Assembly: GCF_009914755.1 (NCBI RefSeq)
Contig: NC_060927.1
Source: the human T2T-CHM13v2.0 reference genome, Homo sapiens
Reading direction: 5' to 3' (one strand)
DNA: 64,000 bases
In this document: positions 42,170 through 55,319 of the stretch, piece after piece
Numbering within the stretch: position 1 is the first letter of the stretch
Layout of the letters: every line of letters starts with the position of its first letter
Made by a program: the position numbers and the translations under genes
Notes under the pieces: model-generated
The model's input: the letters and a program-made list of their open reading frames with translations, nothing else
Told to the model about the DNA's origin: nothing
Database searches by the model: none

Positions 42170-42564
42170 GCCAAAGCATAGTTTTATAAGTTAATGATAC
42201 TTATTTTAATTTGTTTTTGTTTACTCATGCTGTATACCTTGATGTAGCTTTATTTAGAAACATATTTTATATGGAATTTTTACACATATGTGTGTATTTA
42301 AGCTGAATTTTATACACACTTATGATTATATAGATTTGTATATACATAAATGTATTTTTTTGTGTATGTTTAATTTTTTTGGTTGTTTACCAAGATGGAT
42401 TTAGACATGCTGGAAAAAAATCAGAGGAAAGGAACTGTATAGGTATTAAATTTGAAACTTACCTTGTGAAAAATGAGTAAAGGAGCTAAGGACTTCTAGC
42501 CTGGAGAAAACTCAGATTATATTTCATGGATGTCCTAGGTACAAAGTGCCTTCCCATAGGCAAG

Positions 42565-42700
42565 AACATAAACATTCATTTACTCACTCAACAAATGTTT
42601 CTTAAAAGCCTACTGTGTTGTAGGAGCATGTGCAAGGGCTGGGGAAGAAATGAGATGGTATTGAACACTGAAGCTGTTGTGATGGCTGGGATTATAAACA
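42565..42700 (-). mobile_element. L2 3' end
   Basis: cattcatttactcactcaacaaatgtttcttaaaagcctactgtgtt. Confidence 0.65.
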
Positions 42701-43846
42701 GAGCATGGAATATTCTGGAAGGCAGATTTTGGTGAATTCAGGTTAAACATTTCTCCTGGTCAAAGCTGTCCAAGGATGAACGGACCACCCCAGAATGAAC
42801 TGAATTCCCTTTCCTGCTGTATGACCCACTGGCTGGGATGGTATTTTATAAAGCAGATGTGTAGTTGGACCAGGTGACCCTTGAACTTTGAGATCCCCGA
42901 TTTCTCATGCCTAAATAAGAGATAGGTTCTCCAGAGAAGATCAAAGAGGGAAAATATGGCTCAGAATACATCCATAGAGAATTGGTTTGGGTCTAGGGGA
43001 AGAACTTATTTCAGAGTAATAATTCTCTCTGGTTGTGAATGGAAGGTAGAGGAAACACTGATGTGAAGACATGCGTCCTCTGTGGTGCACTTCCTTCTCC
43101 TCCAGAGGCAGGAGGCCACATCAAATGGCTTCTGCAAGTTTATTTTAGCTTCACTATACAAATGTTCTTATCTGAGGATGGCTGAGGAAATTGGTACCTG
43201 AAAGGAAACTTCAGGAAATAACTGGGAAGCGGATGAGGCAGTGACTGTGAGGAGTTAACAGCTGTAATGGAGTGCATGATTGCCTGTTATCAGTGACAGC
43301 AGTCAGTGAAGATACGGATAAGGGCCCATTAGCTTCTGCGGGAAAATGAACCAGAGGAGGCCCTGAAAAGGGGAGCCTGTGACTTGAGGGGACCTGAAGA
43401 CATGGTGGTGGTGGATTGTGTCAGGAATGTGAACGACGAGGACAAGGAGCTGTACCTTGTAAGGTGTTTCTTATGGTGAACCTTGTTGAGATGTGGAGTG
43501 AGAAAAGCACTGAATTGGAAATAATGGGGATGAAGGAAGGGATTGGAACACCAGGCAGGAGGAAACGGGAAGGTGCTGGTAAACTGCGGAAGCACTACTC
43601 CTCCAGGACTCAGCACATGGGCCCTTACTGGAAGACAGGGCCTAAGCCGTGGCTGAGATTATGACAACTGCTCAGGAATTCTGACTTGAGCGTGTTGTAA
43701 ATTGTGGATTATAATCACACTTCTTGTTTTTCAACTGGATACTGTTTTCTACTAAAAAGCCTGCTTTTAACAGGTGCTAAAGAACTACCTCAAAGAAAAT
43801 TCTGAAACAAAATAAAACAAAGAGGAAGAAATCCCAGAAAAAATGT

Positions 43847-44256
43847 TGATATAGTTTGGATGTGTCCCTATCCAACTGTCATACTGAAATGTAAATCCCA
43901 ATGTTGAAAGTAGGGCTTGGTGAGAGCTGATTGGATCATGAGGTCAGATTTCTCATGGATGGTTTAGCACCATTCCTCTTGGCACTGTTCTCATGATAGT
44001 GAGTGGCTTGTCATGAGACTGTTTAAAAGTGTGTAGCACCTCCCTCACCCCACCCTACTCCTGCTTTGTCATGTGATGTGCCTGATCCCCTTTCACCTTC
44101 TGCAATAATTGTAAGCTTCCAGAGGCTTCCCCAGAAGCCAATGCCTGGTATGCTTCCTGTACAGCCTGCAGAACTGTGAGCCAATTAAACCTCTTTTCCA
44201 ATAAATTACCCAGTCTCAGGTATTTCTTTACAGCAATGCAAGAATGGAATGATGCT
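43847..44256 (+). mobile_element. MSTA-like solo LTR
   Basis: tgatatagtttggatgtgtcc...acagcctgcagaactgtgagccaattaaacctcttttc...ggtatttctttacagcaatgcaagaatgg. Confidence 0.9.
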
Positions 44257-44299
44257 AAAGTCTTACATTTATGAGTTTGGCGCTTCCACAAATACTGCA

Positions 44300-44450
44300 T
44301 CACCCTGAGATCAGAAATAGGGTAACATAATTTTATCCTTTTTTTGCAAATGAGGAAATTGAAGCTTAAAGCTCACAGACATCAGCTGAGGGGGAGCCAG
44401 ATTGAAAATGCAGGTTTTCTGATTGCAGTTCCTAAATGCCTTCCACTGAA
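44300..44450 (-). mobile_element. MIR remnant
   Basis: ttttgcaaatgaggaaattgaagcttaaag core. Confidence 0.55.
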
Positions 44451-45590
44451 TTGCGGTAGCATTTTACCTGTCAAGAAAAGCTGCTGCAGTTTGTCATGCT
44501 CCTTGGCAACTCCTAAGTGCTTCTTTGCCAGTATATTCAAATGGATACATTTAACATAGGACCAATGATCTGTGATAACACAAGGATATGGTAAAAGTAG
44601 AGACGGTGCTTTACTTCAGTTTTTCTGAGCCATGAATGGGACCAGAAGAGTGGCAAGATTGCATGTAATCACTACACATGTAGAGTATAAATACAATTTA
44701 GTTTGCTTCTGGGCACCTCTCTTTTTTGAATAAAGACTGCTAACTTTCCCTTGATCTGACATCTTAATGTTGGTTTCAGGCCTATTAGGTGGGAGGACAT
44801 TGACAACTCACCTTACATATTACAGCTTCTGGGAAAAAAAAAGTTGCTCAAAGAATATGTCTTTCTGATATATGTCTACCACCATCACTTCTGCACAAAG
44901 ATGATAGGGCATATTTCTTTTTTCTTCTGACCTAGCTCCTTTTTTATCATTAGATAGCTTAATATTTTTCTTGTAACCTTCTTTGTCCTTAAAACTAAAA
45001 ACATATGTAAGCAGTAGCTTTAACTTAGTAGACTAATGTCAGTAAGAAGAGAGAATAGACCTATTAGTAAATTCATAAATGTTTATACTTTTAATGTCAA
45101 ATATAATCATTAATTTATTTGACTTTTTTTTTTAACTTGCTGCAGTCATTACTTGCTCTTCCAATAGGTTTGGATTTAATGTGTAGAAATTATTTTGTCT
45201 GCTTTCCACTTCTTACTGACATTTCACATCAAGTTAATATTGGCTCTTGGTTTTTCTTCATAATTATCTGTTTGTATCAGGACCCTAATTAATGAATTTG
45301 CTAATATTTGTTTCCTCATTGTAAAGTGAGGTCAAGCTGTCTTTTGTAGCCAAAAAGTCAACATATTTTCATATAGAATTGTCCAATGATAAGACAGTAA
45401 TAAGGAACACTTGCAAGACATTTTTCTAAGTGCTAGAAAAATGTTTAAATGAAATGTATTAATAAATGAAGGTTGAGTTGAACAAGAAGGTGGAAAAATG
45501 GTATTTGAAGAGAGGAAATCAAATCTTTTCATATAAAACCAATTGATTTTCAAATGATTTTGAAGGAACTAGCCCCTACGTTTGAGAAAC

Positions 45591-46067
45591 TATAGGCCAG
45601 GTTATTTATAAAATAAAGATGCAGCATAATTTTCCATGGGTCTTTATAGCTTTTGCATGTCTTGTCAACAAGACAGTAACCACCCTTTGTTCTAGATTAT
45701 CTTTTCCAGAATATTTATATAGAGAATAGCCTGGGAAGAGGCAGGTAGTGTCTCCCTCCATAAAAAAGGACAGGCATGCTTACTGCCCACTATAAAAGAT
45801 CTAGGTTACCTAAGCTTGAAGTTCCTCTCCTGCACAATCCTTGTTGTGTGCAACCATTCATCAAGACCCATCTGGATCAGCCCTGTGGGATAAGCAGAAT
45901 TGATGCAAATATGCTGATGCTCATACTGCTTGTGGTGCCATCAGCAATAATATTCTTTGTGACCCAGGAGTTTCTATCTCTTAAATACTGCCATCCATGA
46001 ACTCTGGCAAGCTATTTTGTCAGCTTGCAAGTCAAGTAATATCTCATAGTCTTCACAGTTCTTGACA
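45591..46067 (+). mobile_element. ERVL-type solo LTR (MER76-like; family uncertain)
   Basis: gcttactgcccactataaaagat (TATA box), gacccaggagtt, terminal cttcacagttcttgaca; 5' boundary approximate. Confidence 0.65.
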
Positions 46068-46124
46068 AGCCAGTAATTGAGAAGAAAGCAATTTAGCACA
46101 AAGTGTTCTGCATTAGCCAGAGGC

Positions 46125-46585
46125 TGTGGTAGGCAGAATAATGTCTCCTCAAAGATGTCTATATCCTACTCCCTGGAACCTGTGGCTACGTTATGCAACA
46201 TGGCAAAGGAGAATGAAAGCTGCACATAGAATTAAGGTTGTTAATCAGATAAACAGATTATTTTAGATTATTGGAGTGGGCTCAATATAATCACAAAGTT
46301 TCTTTGAATGTGAAATAGAGATACAGAAGAGTCAGTGTCAAACTGGCTTTGAAGACGGAGGAAGGGTCCAACAGCCAAAGATTATAGATGGTCCCTAGAA
46401 GCTGGAAAAAGCCAAAACCCAGATTCTCCCCTAGAGTCTACCCAAGGAATTTAACCCTGCAAACACCTTGATTTTAGCCCAGTGAGACCCATTTTGGACT
46501 GTAAGATAATAAACTGTATTGTTTTAGCCACTAAATTTGTGGTAACTTGTTAGAAATTTCTAGTTAACCACAGAAAACAAATACA
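46125..46585 (+). mobile_element. MLT1D-like solo LTR
   Basis: tgtggtaggcagaataatg...gattctcccctagag...caccttgattttagcccagtgagaccc...aaataca; TSD gaggc / gagga. Confidence 0.88.
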
Positions 46586-46824
46586 GAGGAGACAGTTAAA
46601 CATTTCAGACAAAAAAGGTTTTGTTTCTTTTCTCATTGCCTATTTGGTTTATGCTTATCCTTTGGATTTCAGCTTAAATATTCTGCCTTTTCTGAGAGTT
46701 CCTGTCTTCTTTTTCTGAAGTAGTCCCCTCCTGTTATTCTCTATCATTGTACTGTATTTCCTTTTTGTAGCACTTTCCACAAATTGCAATTAAAATACAG
46801 TTTTATTGTAATTTTTATGCACCT

Positions 46825-46828
<4 letters not shown>

Positions 46829-46876
<48 letters not shown>
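46829..46876. repeat. Compound (CA)18(TA)6 microsatellite
   Basis: Direct reading. Confidence 0.93.
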
Positions 46877-46877
<1 letters not shown>

Positions 46878-47199
46878 GTTTCAAGTTATGATTGACAGTT
46901 ATCTCTTTCTGTTTTGGGTGAAAGTCTATCCCCAATTCTAAGACTATGTTCTTCTTACATTTTTAATTTAAAATGTTCTTTAAATGAAATGGTGGTGTTA
47001 GAAGATAGTAGTTTCTATTTAAAAAATTGTCTTTCTTTGCTAACAAAATATGACAAGCTATGTTGACTCTTATTTTAAAAAATGGTACTGATTAATGAAA
47101 TAAAAATTGTGGGAAGCACAGCTCTAGACTCTGTCAGATGCCATGTACTGTCACAGTACATTGTTCTTCCTTTACTGGAGCATGTTTACACATCTTATT

Positions 47200-47345
47200 T
47201 CCATTGCATTCTCATTTCTGAACTATAGTCTTCTGGAAAGGAGAGAACATGTCTGCTTTGGATTATATCCCCAGAGTTTAACCCAATGCCTGGCACAGAA
47301 GAGGCACACAATAAAAAAGTTTTGAATGACATTGAATGAAGAAAT
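47200..47345 (+). mobile_element. L2 3' end
   Basis: tatatccccagagtttaacccaatgcctggcacagaagaggcacacaataaa...tgaatgaa. Confidence 0.72.
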
Positions 47346-48814
47346 AAAAACTTCTAAAAGATTACTATGTATATGATGATACTATAAGGATTAAAATCAT
47401 ATTCATCATGCAAACACCCCAAGAACTTGTAAAATAAGCCTGCAGAAGTTATGTATTTGAGACAGAAATTGGGCCATCGCTATTGTATATAGCATGCTTC
47501 TAAAAGTATATTTATATGCCAAAATAGATAACCTCAAAAGGTATTGATACAGTCACTCCTTACACAATTCCCCTGTAACAAAATTCTTTTACAGCTCAGT
47601 AGTAATAAAAAGACTATTTCTTCTTATGGGTCAGTATTCCTGTAAATGAGTAAATGGGAGCTAGCTAAATAAATTCCATTTCTCTTTTTATCTTAGCTCC
47701 CAGTAAGCACAGAATACCACTTTGTGCTTATTTGGAGTGCTATGGAGCACAGAGCAGTCTTTCTGATTTACTTCATTTTCCTCTTTCCTGTGCTGCTCTC
47801 TCTGTTCCTTCTCTATTCAATTCCTTTTTCTTTTTTTTTTTTGCATCCCTTTAACTCTTATTTCAGTTATGTTTTCTTTGTATAGTAACACACCACAAGT
47901 ACCTTCTGAAAAATAATTAAAAGTGCAATCTGGCTTAATCACTGATGAACCAAAGCACAAATATTTGTATTTTCATAATTGCTGGGCTTGTTCTGCATTC
48001 TTTTCTGTATATTTTGTCCAATTTTATCACCATAAGAACAACATCCAAGGGTCACCGTCCCACTATATAGTTTGCCTGGTAGCTATTTAAATAAATGAAT
48101 TACAAATATTTAAAGCCAAATTCCCTGTTGGACATGATACTGTTTATGTAATGCTTTAAAGAGGAAAGTAATTTTGAGCCAAATGTGAATTTCAAGCATA
48201 TAGTTGTGAAGATTCAGTAAATGACCATAAAGGATAGATATATATTTCCCAGCAGGTGTTTGCCAAAATGTACAAGGAGAGATTTCCCTAGGAAATAATA
48301 CTAGAAAATTTAGAATCAGGGCAGGTCTAGTCAAAAGATATTTTAAAGGTTTTTGGATTAATCTGTATCTTTATCTTCAGGTATTCATGAAGAATACAAA
48401 TGCAGAGCATGTAAGCTATTCTAATAGATCATGGATTGATGCAAATAAGGTGTTATGGGAGTTGTTTTTTTTTTTTTTTTTTGGCTTTTACTGTCAAATC
48501 CTGGTTTCCATGAAGTGAAGGTTGGGAGGGGTAATGGAGACGGAAGGACCTTCTTCTGAAAGATTGTGATGGGCAGGCCGTAGGGCTAAGCCCTGGCCAT
48601 CTCCAGTCAGCCTCGGAGCAGCTCCGTTTTATCTTCCTAAATTTATTGAGCTTATATTCAGCACCTGGTTGTAAGCACATGTTCACGTTAATGTGTGTCC
48701 TTTTTTTGGCTACTCAGTGATTTGGCTATGTTGATTATAAAATATTTTGAATATCAGCCATGGTTCTATGTAAAATTTTATTTGTAAAGGGCTCTACTGC
48801 TAAATAGGCATTGT

Positions 48815-49050
48815 TATATAGTGGTCATAGTTACTACATATTTGGAAACAGATATGCTTGGTTCAAGCTCTAGCTTTGCTACTTACTAGTAGGGTGATCT
48901 TTATCAAGTTATCTGGCTTCTTAGAGCCTTAGTTTCCTCATTTGCAAAATGAGGCTAATGGTCGACCTACTTCTTTGGGTTATTGTAGGAATTGAAGGAG
49001 TATGGTAAATAAAGTGCTGGCATAAACTAAACACTTAATGAATGCTAACT
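48815..49050 (+). mobile_element. MIR
   Basis: ggttcaagctctagctttgctacttactag...gagccttagtttcctcatttgcaaaatgagg. Confidence 0.8.
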
Positions 49051-50224
49051 TAAGTACACAAACAAAGAAGCACAAAACAAAAAAGCAAACCAGAGTTAAA
49101 ACTATAACTCCAAACATTTGAATAAAAGGGACTTCCAGACAATAATAAAAAAACTATTAATTTTTTGTTGGCTATGAAAGTCAAGTTTCTTTTCTTCTTT
49201 ACCTCTTAGAGGTGAAGAATAAATGAAAACAATGTAAATATCTACCTATGTATATGTCAGCTATCTATAAATTTCCATTTTTTTACAGTATTACCAGAGA
49301 TATTCTGTACTCAAAGTTCAGCATAGGTTTTCTGATGTTGTGGAAGAAATATATCCCTTCTATCAATCATTGCCACCAGTCAGAGATAATTCCAAGTTGG
49401 GTATCATATTTGACTAAGCCATTATTGACAGTCTTTATATTTCTTGCTATAGAGTAAATACATAGTAGGAAGACTCAAATTATTTTCCTATTTGAAATCC
49501 ATGGTTTATATCAGAGACAAATTAAAATGTAGCACTTTAAACAAAATTTAACAAGAAAACATTCACCCGGAATTAATAGAACTGTGCTACCACATGCTAC
49601 TCATATAATGTATTATTGGAGAATATTTTAGGTGAAACCTACATTATCTAGCTATTAACTTCTATCATATTTACTTTTCCTCTAAGCATTTTTAAGAGAA
49701 ATGACATTAGACTTGGTGCATTAGAAACTATATCAAAATCTAAAAGTTTATAAGCTCTAGTAATAAACAATTCCTAAATTGCCAAAGGAACCCTTATAGA
49801 TTTTACAATCTCCCTATATAAAAGAAATAATGCTTTTATATAAGAACCTTACTACTAATAAAGAGCTTTCTGATTTTTATAGACTAAAAATATTTTTTAA
49901 TAAATATTATTGCTAAACTACTATCCCATTTCTTGAAAATACGAACATGTGCTTTAGTTTAGAGACAGTTACCTTAAGAAATGGGCATTTGGGTCAGCGC
50001 TGGCACTATCATAGGATGGTAATCGGGTTCTAATGCAAGTTTGTAACTAAACAGAAATTAAAAGGGGAAGTCATTTTCTACTACTCTACAAAGAATTACC
50101 AGAATTACATAGGGGAAAACTTACTTGCCCAAAAGGGACTTTTTGAACTTGTTTTGAACTTAAAATCACTTAGAAACCCATTAGAAAACTGGGGTGAAAT
50201 AATAGACATAGAAATGGAAATACC

Positions 50225-50750
50225 CAGAAAAGCAAGTGCAAATGACTCTGAAATGTAGAAAAAGCTGCTCAATTCATAATAAGAGAAATGCAGATTTGTC
50301 TTACACTCTGATTGTCTAAACCTATTATTTTGGGAGAGGATAAAAAATATTAGTAATACACTAACCAGTGTAGAATAAAGGAAAGAATAAAGTGGATAAG
50401 CTGGTGAGAATAAAGGAAAATAGACCTTCTAATACACAGCTGATAGGGGTGTAATTTAGCAATATTTATTGAATTTCAATATGCAACCTCTTTCATTTGA
50501 ATTTAGGTAATGTATCCAGCAGATATATCTGTATTCATGCAAAATGACATGTGTACAAGGTGACTTATCACAACACTATTTCTAGGAGCAAAACACCAGA
50601 AACAACTCAAATGTTTATTAAAGGGAATATGTATCCTTAGCATGATGGAATATTATACAATCATAAAAAGGAAGAAATTTATTATATATTGATAAAGTAT
50701 AACCACTAACACTTATTTTTAAGCAAAAAGAAATCAAGTTTTAGAAAGAA
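50225..50750 (+). mobile_element. L1ME-type 3' region remnant
   Basis: aataagagaaatgcaga...gacatgtgtacaagg...aaacaactcaaatg...gatggaatattatacaatcataaaaa. Confidence 0.6.
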
Positions 50751-51064
50751 TATCATATACAGTAGTCCCTTCTTACCCATGGTTTTGCAGTTTCAGTTAC
50801 CCATGGTCAACTGCAGTCCAAAAATATTAAGTGGAAAATTCTAGAAATAAACATTTATAAATTTTAAATTGCACACTATTGTGTGTAATGAAATCTCATA
50901 CCGTTTTGCCTTATCATTCCTGGGATGTGAATCATCCTTTTGTCTCACATATCCATGCTCTAGATGCCACCCACACATAGTCACTTAGTAGCCTTCTTGC
51001 TTATCAGATTGACTGTCCAGGCATACAGAGCTTCTGTTTAAGTAACCCTTATTTTACTTACTTA

Positions 51065-52700
51065 ATGGCCTCAAAGTGCAAGAGTAGTGATGCTTGCAAT
51101 TCAGGTATGCCAAAGAGAAGCCATAAAGTACTTTCTTTAAGTCAAAAGGTGAAAGTTCTCAACTTAAGAAAGAAAAAAGTCATATACTGAGGTTGCTGAG
51201 ATCTATGGTAAGAACAAATCTATCCATAAAATTGTGAAGAAGGAAAAGGAAATTTGTATTCGTTTTGCTGTAGCACCTCAAACTGCAAAAGTTATGGCCA
51301 TAGTTCATGATAAGTGCTTCATTAAAAGGAAAAAGGCATTACATTTGTGGGTGGAAGGCATGAACAGAAAATGTGTTCTGACTGATGGCAACATGTTGCG
51401 TCAGCAAGCATTGACAAAGACTTTAGCAAGGGATTTCCTGAAATGAATGACACCAAGCCATTTACTGCACGTAAGGGATGGCTACACAGATTCAGGAATA
51501 TGTTTGAACTGAAAAATTATAAAGATTACTGGAGAGGCTACCTCTGCCAATGAAGAAGCTGTTGCTCTACTTCCAGCAGAGTTGAAAAAGTTTATTAAAG
51601 ACAAAGGATACCATTCAACAAAGCCAGTCTTCAATTGTGTGAAACCTGGATCTTCTGGAAGAAAATATCCAGTAGAACTTGCATTTGTCAAAGTGCAAAG
51701 GAAGCACAAGGGCATAAAACATGGAAGGACAAATTAATTTTGGTACTATGTAGCAATGCTGCAGGGCATATTGTAAAGCCAGGCACAGTGAACAGAGAGA
51801 AGAAGCCACATACTATTAAAAAATGAAAACAAAAATTATCTGCCACTGTTCTGGCAACATAATCAGAAAGTGTGGGTGACAGCCATCTTGTTTATGGAAT
51901 AATTCCACCAATCCTTCATCCCAGAAGTGAAAAAAAAAAAACTTGGAAAAAGAAGAGTTGGAGTTTAAAGCCCTATTAATAATAGACAATGTACCCAGCC
52001 ATCCTGAATCTGTTTGCCACTAAAATGAAAATGTTGAGGCTGTATTTTTAACTCCATATACCACCTCATTCTTTCAGCCCCTTCACCAGGGCATCATCCA
52101 GTTCATCAAGGCCACGTGCACGCATTTGGTATTTTATCTCACTTAATCAGCAATTGATGTAGACCCTAATCTGGACAATGTCATGCTGTAAATCATTCAC
52201 TATTACTGGTGCAATAACATTTACCAAAGCTACAATGGATAAGTTAAAACCAGAAATCATAAATGCCTTCTGGAAGAACTTACAGAGTAAAGCTGTGAAT
52301 GATTTTAAAGGCCTCTTGGGGATAAATGGAAGTCAGGAAAATCATTTATGCAGCAAGACAAGGTGATAGGGAGAGATTTGCCAACATGCATGATGAAGAA
52401 GTGGAAGATCATATTGAAGGCCATTGATAAGTGTTAAAAAATGAAGAATTAGAAGAGCTTATTGAGTCACTTACAGACAGAAGACTGTGAAAAAGAAGAA
52501 ACTGAAGTAGAATCAGCAATGTGCACTTACCAAAATATGCCATGGTGCTTCTAATGGCACAGATAGTAAAGGAAAAAATTATGGAATACTCTTTTCTGAT
52601 AGAATGCAGCATTAAAGCCGCCCATATGATCACTAAAGGATTACAACCTCTGCAGCAACACTCTGATGAGTTAAAAAGAAAGAGATAATAATGTCAGATC
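51065..52700 (+). pseudogene. Decayed pogo/Tigger transposase (CENP-B-like HTH + DDD)
   Basis: MASKCKSSDACNSGMPKRSHKVL start; KALHLWVEGMN; KGWLHRFRN; VFNC-ETWIFWKK; LLIIDNVPSHP; FQPLHQGII; multiple stops and frameshifts; end approximate. Confidence 0.85.
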
Positions 52701-53011
52701 ACAATGTTCTTTCAAAAGGATTTGGCAAAAATCAACCAACCAACCAACCAACCAAACAAACAAAAAACCAAAAACCTTCAACTATCAAGGATCCCCAATC
52801 ATCAACACTGTCTGCTTCTCATATCCAACCATTGACTTTGTCATGGCTTGATGACTCAGGATCACCTGAAGTAGATAATCCTCCTTCTGACATAACATCA
52901 GAAGGTCAATAGTAGCATAACGATACTTCACAATGCCTAGGTCATTCACCTCATCACACAAGCATTCTTACATCATCACAAGAAGGATGAGTACAGTACC
53001 ATAGGATATTT

Positions 53012-53092
53012 TGAGAGAAAGAGACAGAAAGAGAGAGAGAGAGTGAGAGAGAGAGAGAGAAAGAGAGATGGAGAGGGAGAGACAGAGACAGA
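53012..53092. repeat. Imperfect (GA)n tract inside Tigger7
   Basis: gagagaaagagacagaaagagagagaga... Confidence 0.85.
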
Positions 53093-54443
53093 CCATATTC
53101 ACATAAGTTTTATTACAGCATATTGTTCTAATTGTTAGCTATTGTTGTTAATCTCTTGTGTCTAACTTATAAATTACAGTTTATCCTAGGTATGTATGTA
53201 TAAGAAAAAACATAGTATATATAGAATTTGGTACTATCCACAGTTTCAGGAATCCCCTGGGGGTCTTGGTATGTATCTCCTGAGGATAAAGGTAGACTAC
53301 CGTACTATTATATTGTTTATATTTATTAACTTAAAAGATGAACAACAGTTGCCCATTTGGAGGGAAATTTTGTGGTTGGAGAATAGGGATAGAAAGGAGC
53401 CATTACTCTATACAATTTTCTACCTCGAATTTTGAACTGTGTAAATATATTACCTATTCAAAAAATGAAAGAGTAATTTAAAATGGATAAAACAAAAGCA
53501 ACAAGTGGCACAGCACATCTCCTTGTGATAGTCATGTTGTGTGGGGGTGAGCTGATGATTGACCCGAGAATCCCACTGTGCTTTTTCCTGTCGTCAGCAT
53601 GCGCTTATGGAGAGGTCAAAATTCCATCACAGGCACCTACGCCCCTCTCTAGCTTCAGCTAAGCCTCTGGGATTCATTTTAATCTTTTCATATTTCTCCT
53701 TCACAGCCTAAATTAACTAGTGGCAGTGGGCAGCAACTGTGTGATTCCCTAAATGGAAGTCCCCACATAGAAGTTGGTGTTCTCTGAATGCTTCTTTGAA
53801 GAACTGTGCCTCAATTAATCAGCCCACAAACAGCAGTCTGGGACCTGTTTTAGAATGCACTCCCAGTGTTCATGCCACTAAAGCTGAGAGAAATATACAA
53901 TAACTCAGTTTTAAAGTATCTGTGAGGATACCTCTCTATGGGAGCCAGAAATGCTGAGCAGGCCCCTTAGTGTCAGCAGTGGTCTCCTGTTGCCTCAAAT
54001 ATCACAGCACAATATTTCAATGACTTCTTTTGCTTAAGTGGATACTTGATTGCTGTTTTCATAACCCAAATAAGTAATAGGATATTCAGTTCATTTATAA
54101 TTTGAGGCTAGTATTAGGGCTGAGCTACTTTAAACCAGCTTGGGTATATTTTTTTTGGTCCATTGCTGAATGAAATTTTAAAGTTATAAAATAATTGAAA
54201 TAAAAACAAAAAAAACCAGCTGGTGTGAAGCTACCAGCTTTCAACACTGACACACTATAAAGGCATCAGAAAGTGTGAATATTGTTTCATTAGTTTTCAC
54301 TTTTCATCGTTCTGCTTGGCATTTTAAAATATTTATTTGTGTGTTTAAAACTGAACATGCCAACAAATAATTATCATCCTTATCTCAAAGCCAGTTCTAG
54401 GAAACATCCAAAATAGAGTGTATTAAAAGCACAGATCACATAA

Positions 54444-54447
<4 letters not shown>

Positions 54448-54495
<48 letters not shown>
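54448..54495. repeat. (CA)24 microsatellite
   Basis: Direct reading. Confidence 0.95.
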
Positions 54496-54500
<5 letters not shown>

Positions 54501-55319
54501 AATTCTTGTTTATCAATTTTTACAATTAATTTTAAAAACACAAGGTAAATAAGGGTAGCTACTCCATTAAAAAGATGTGCTTACCATTATATGTACTGGT
54601 ATGTTTCCTCTGAAGTGGTCATAAACAATTACTTAGTAATGTTTCAAATATCAACAACAAGAGAAAAATTCAATAAATATAAATGAACATGTCAAAATAT
54701 ACAAACAACCTTGCTAACTTTAAAGGTGTATTACAAAAGCAATTTATCTTCATAGCAGTTTACATAATTCTAATAAACCTCACAGGTTTTCTATTAGTGC
54801 TGCATGTACATAGGAAAAATGATGCAGGAGAGGTGTGAGTAACTAAAGGAAGAAAATTACCCTTACACTTTACTGGGTATGAAAGACTCCTTTCTTTTTT
54901 TCCTTCAGGCTAGGGCTTGCTGAGCTTTGAAGAAGACTTCCAGTGCAAGTGGATTACATATTGACCTCACCTGGCCTAGATCATTGACCAATTGGAATGG
55001 TAGGGGGGATAATACTTGCTGCCCCAAGCATGTTTCACCCCCTCTTTGAATGAGACACTCCAAAAGCCTCATTCCAATTGTGCTGGAAATCTCTCCTCTC
55101 ACTGCTGCTCACTGTCATGTACAGGGCAATGTAAACAAATTACTCCATACCCTAATCAAAGGTTTGAATATTCTCTCCACCGTTTTCAACTTAAGCTGGT
55201 TTCTCAAAGGAGCCCACATCCCCTACAGTCTCTGTCACATGGAGGTTTTTGTCTTTCCTGTCCCTCAGTACAATATTACAGAACACTATGTCATCTATAT
55301 ATTCTACTGTTGCTAACCC

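Larger units (their letters stand above)
50760..53302 (+). mobile_element. Full-length Tigger7 (TcMar-Tigger DNA transposon)
   Basis: TIRs cagtagtcccttcttaccc / ggataaaggtagactaccg flanked by TA; MER44-type ends; internal transposase remnant. Confidence 0.88.
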
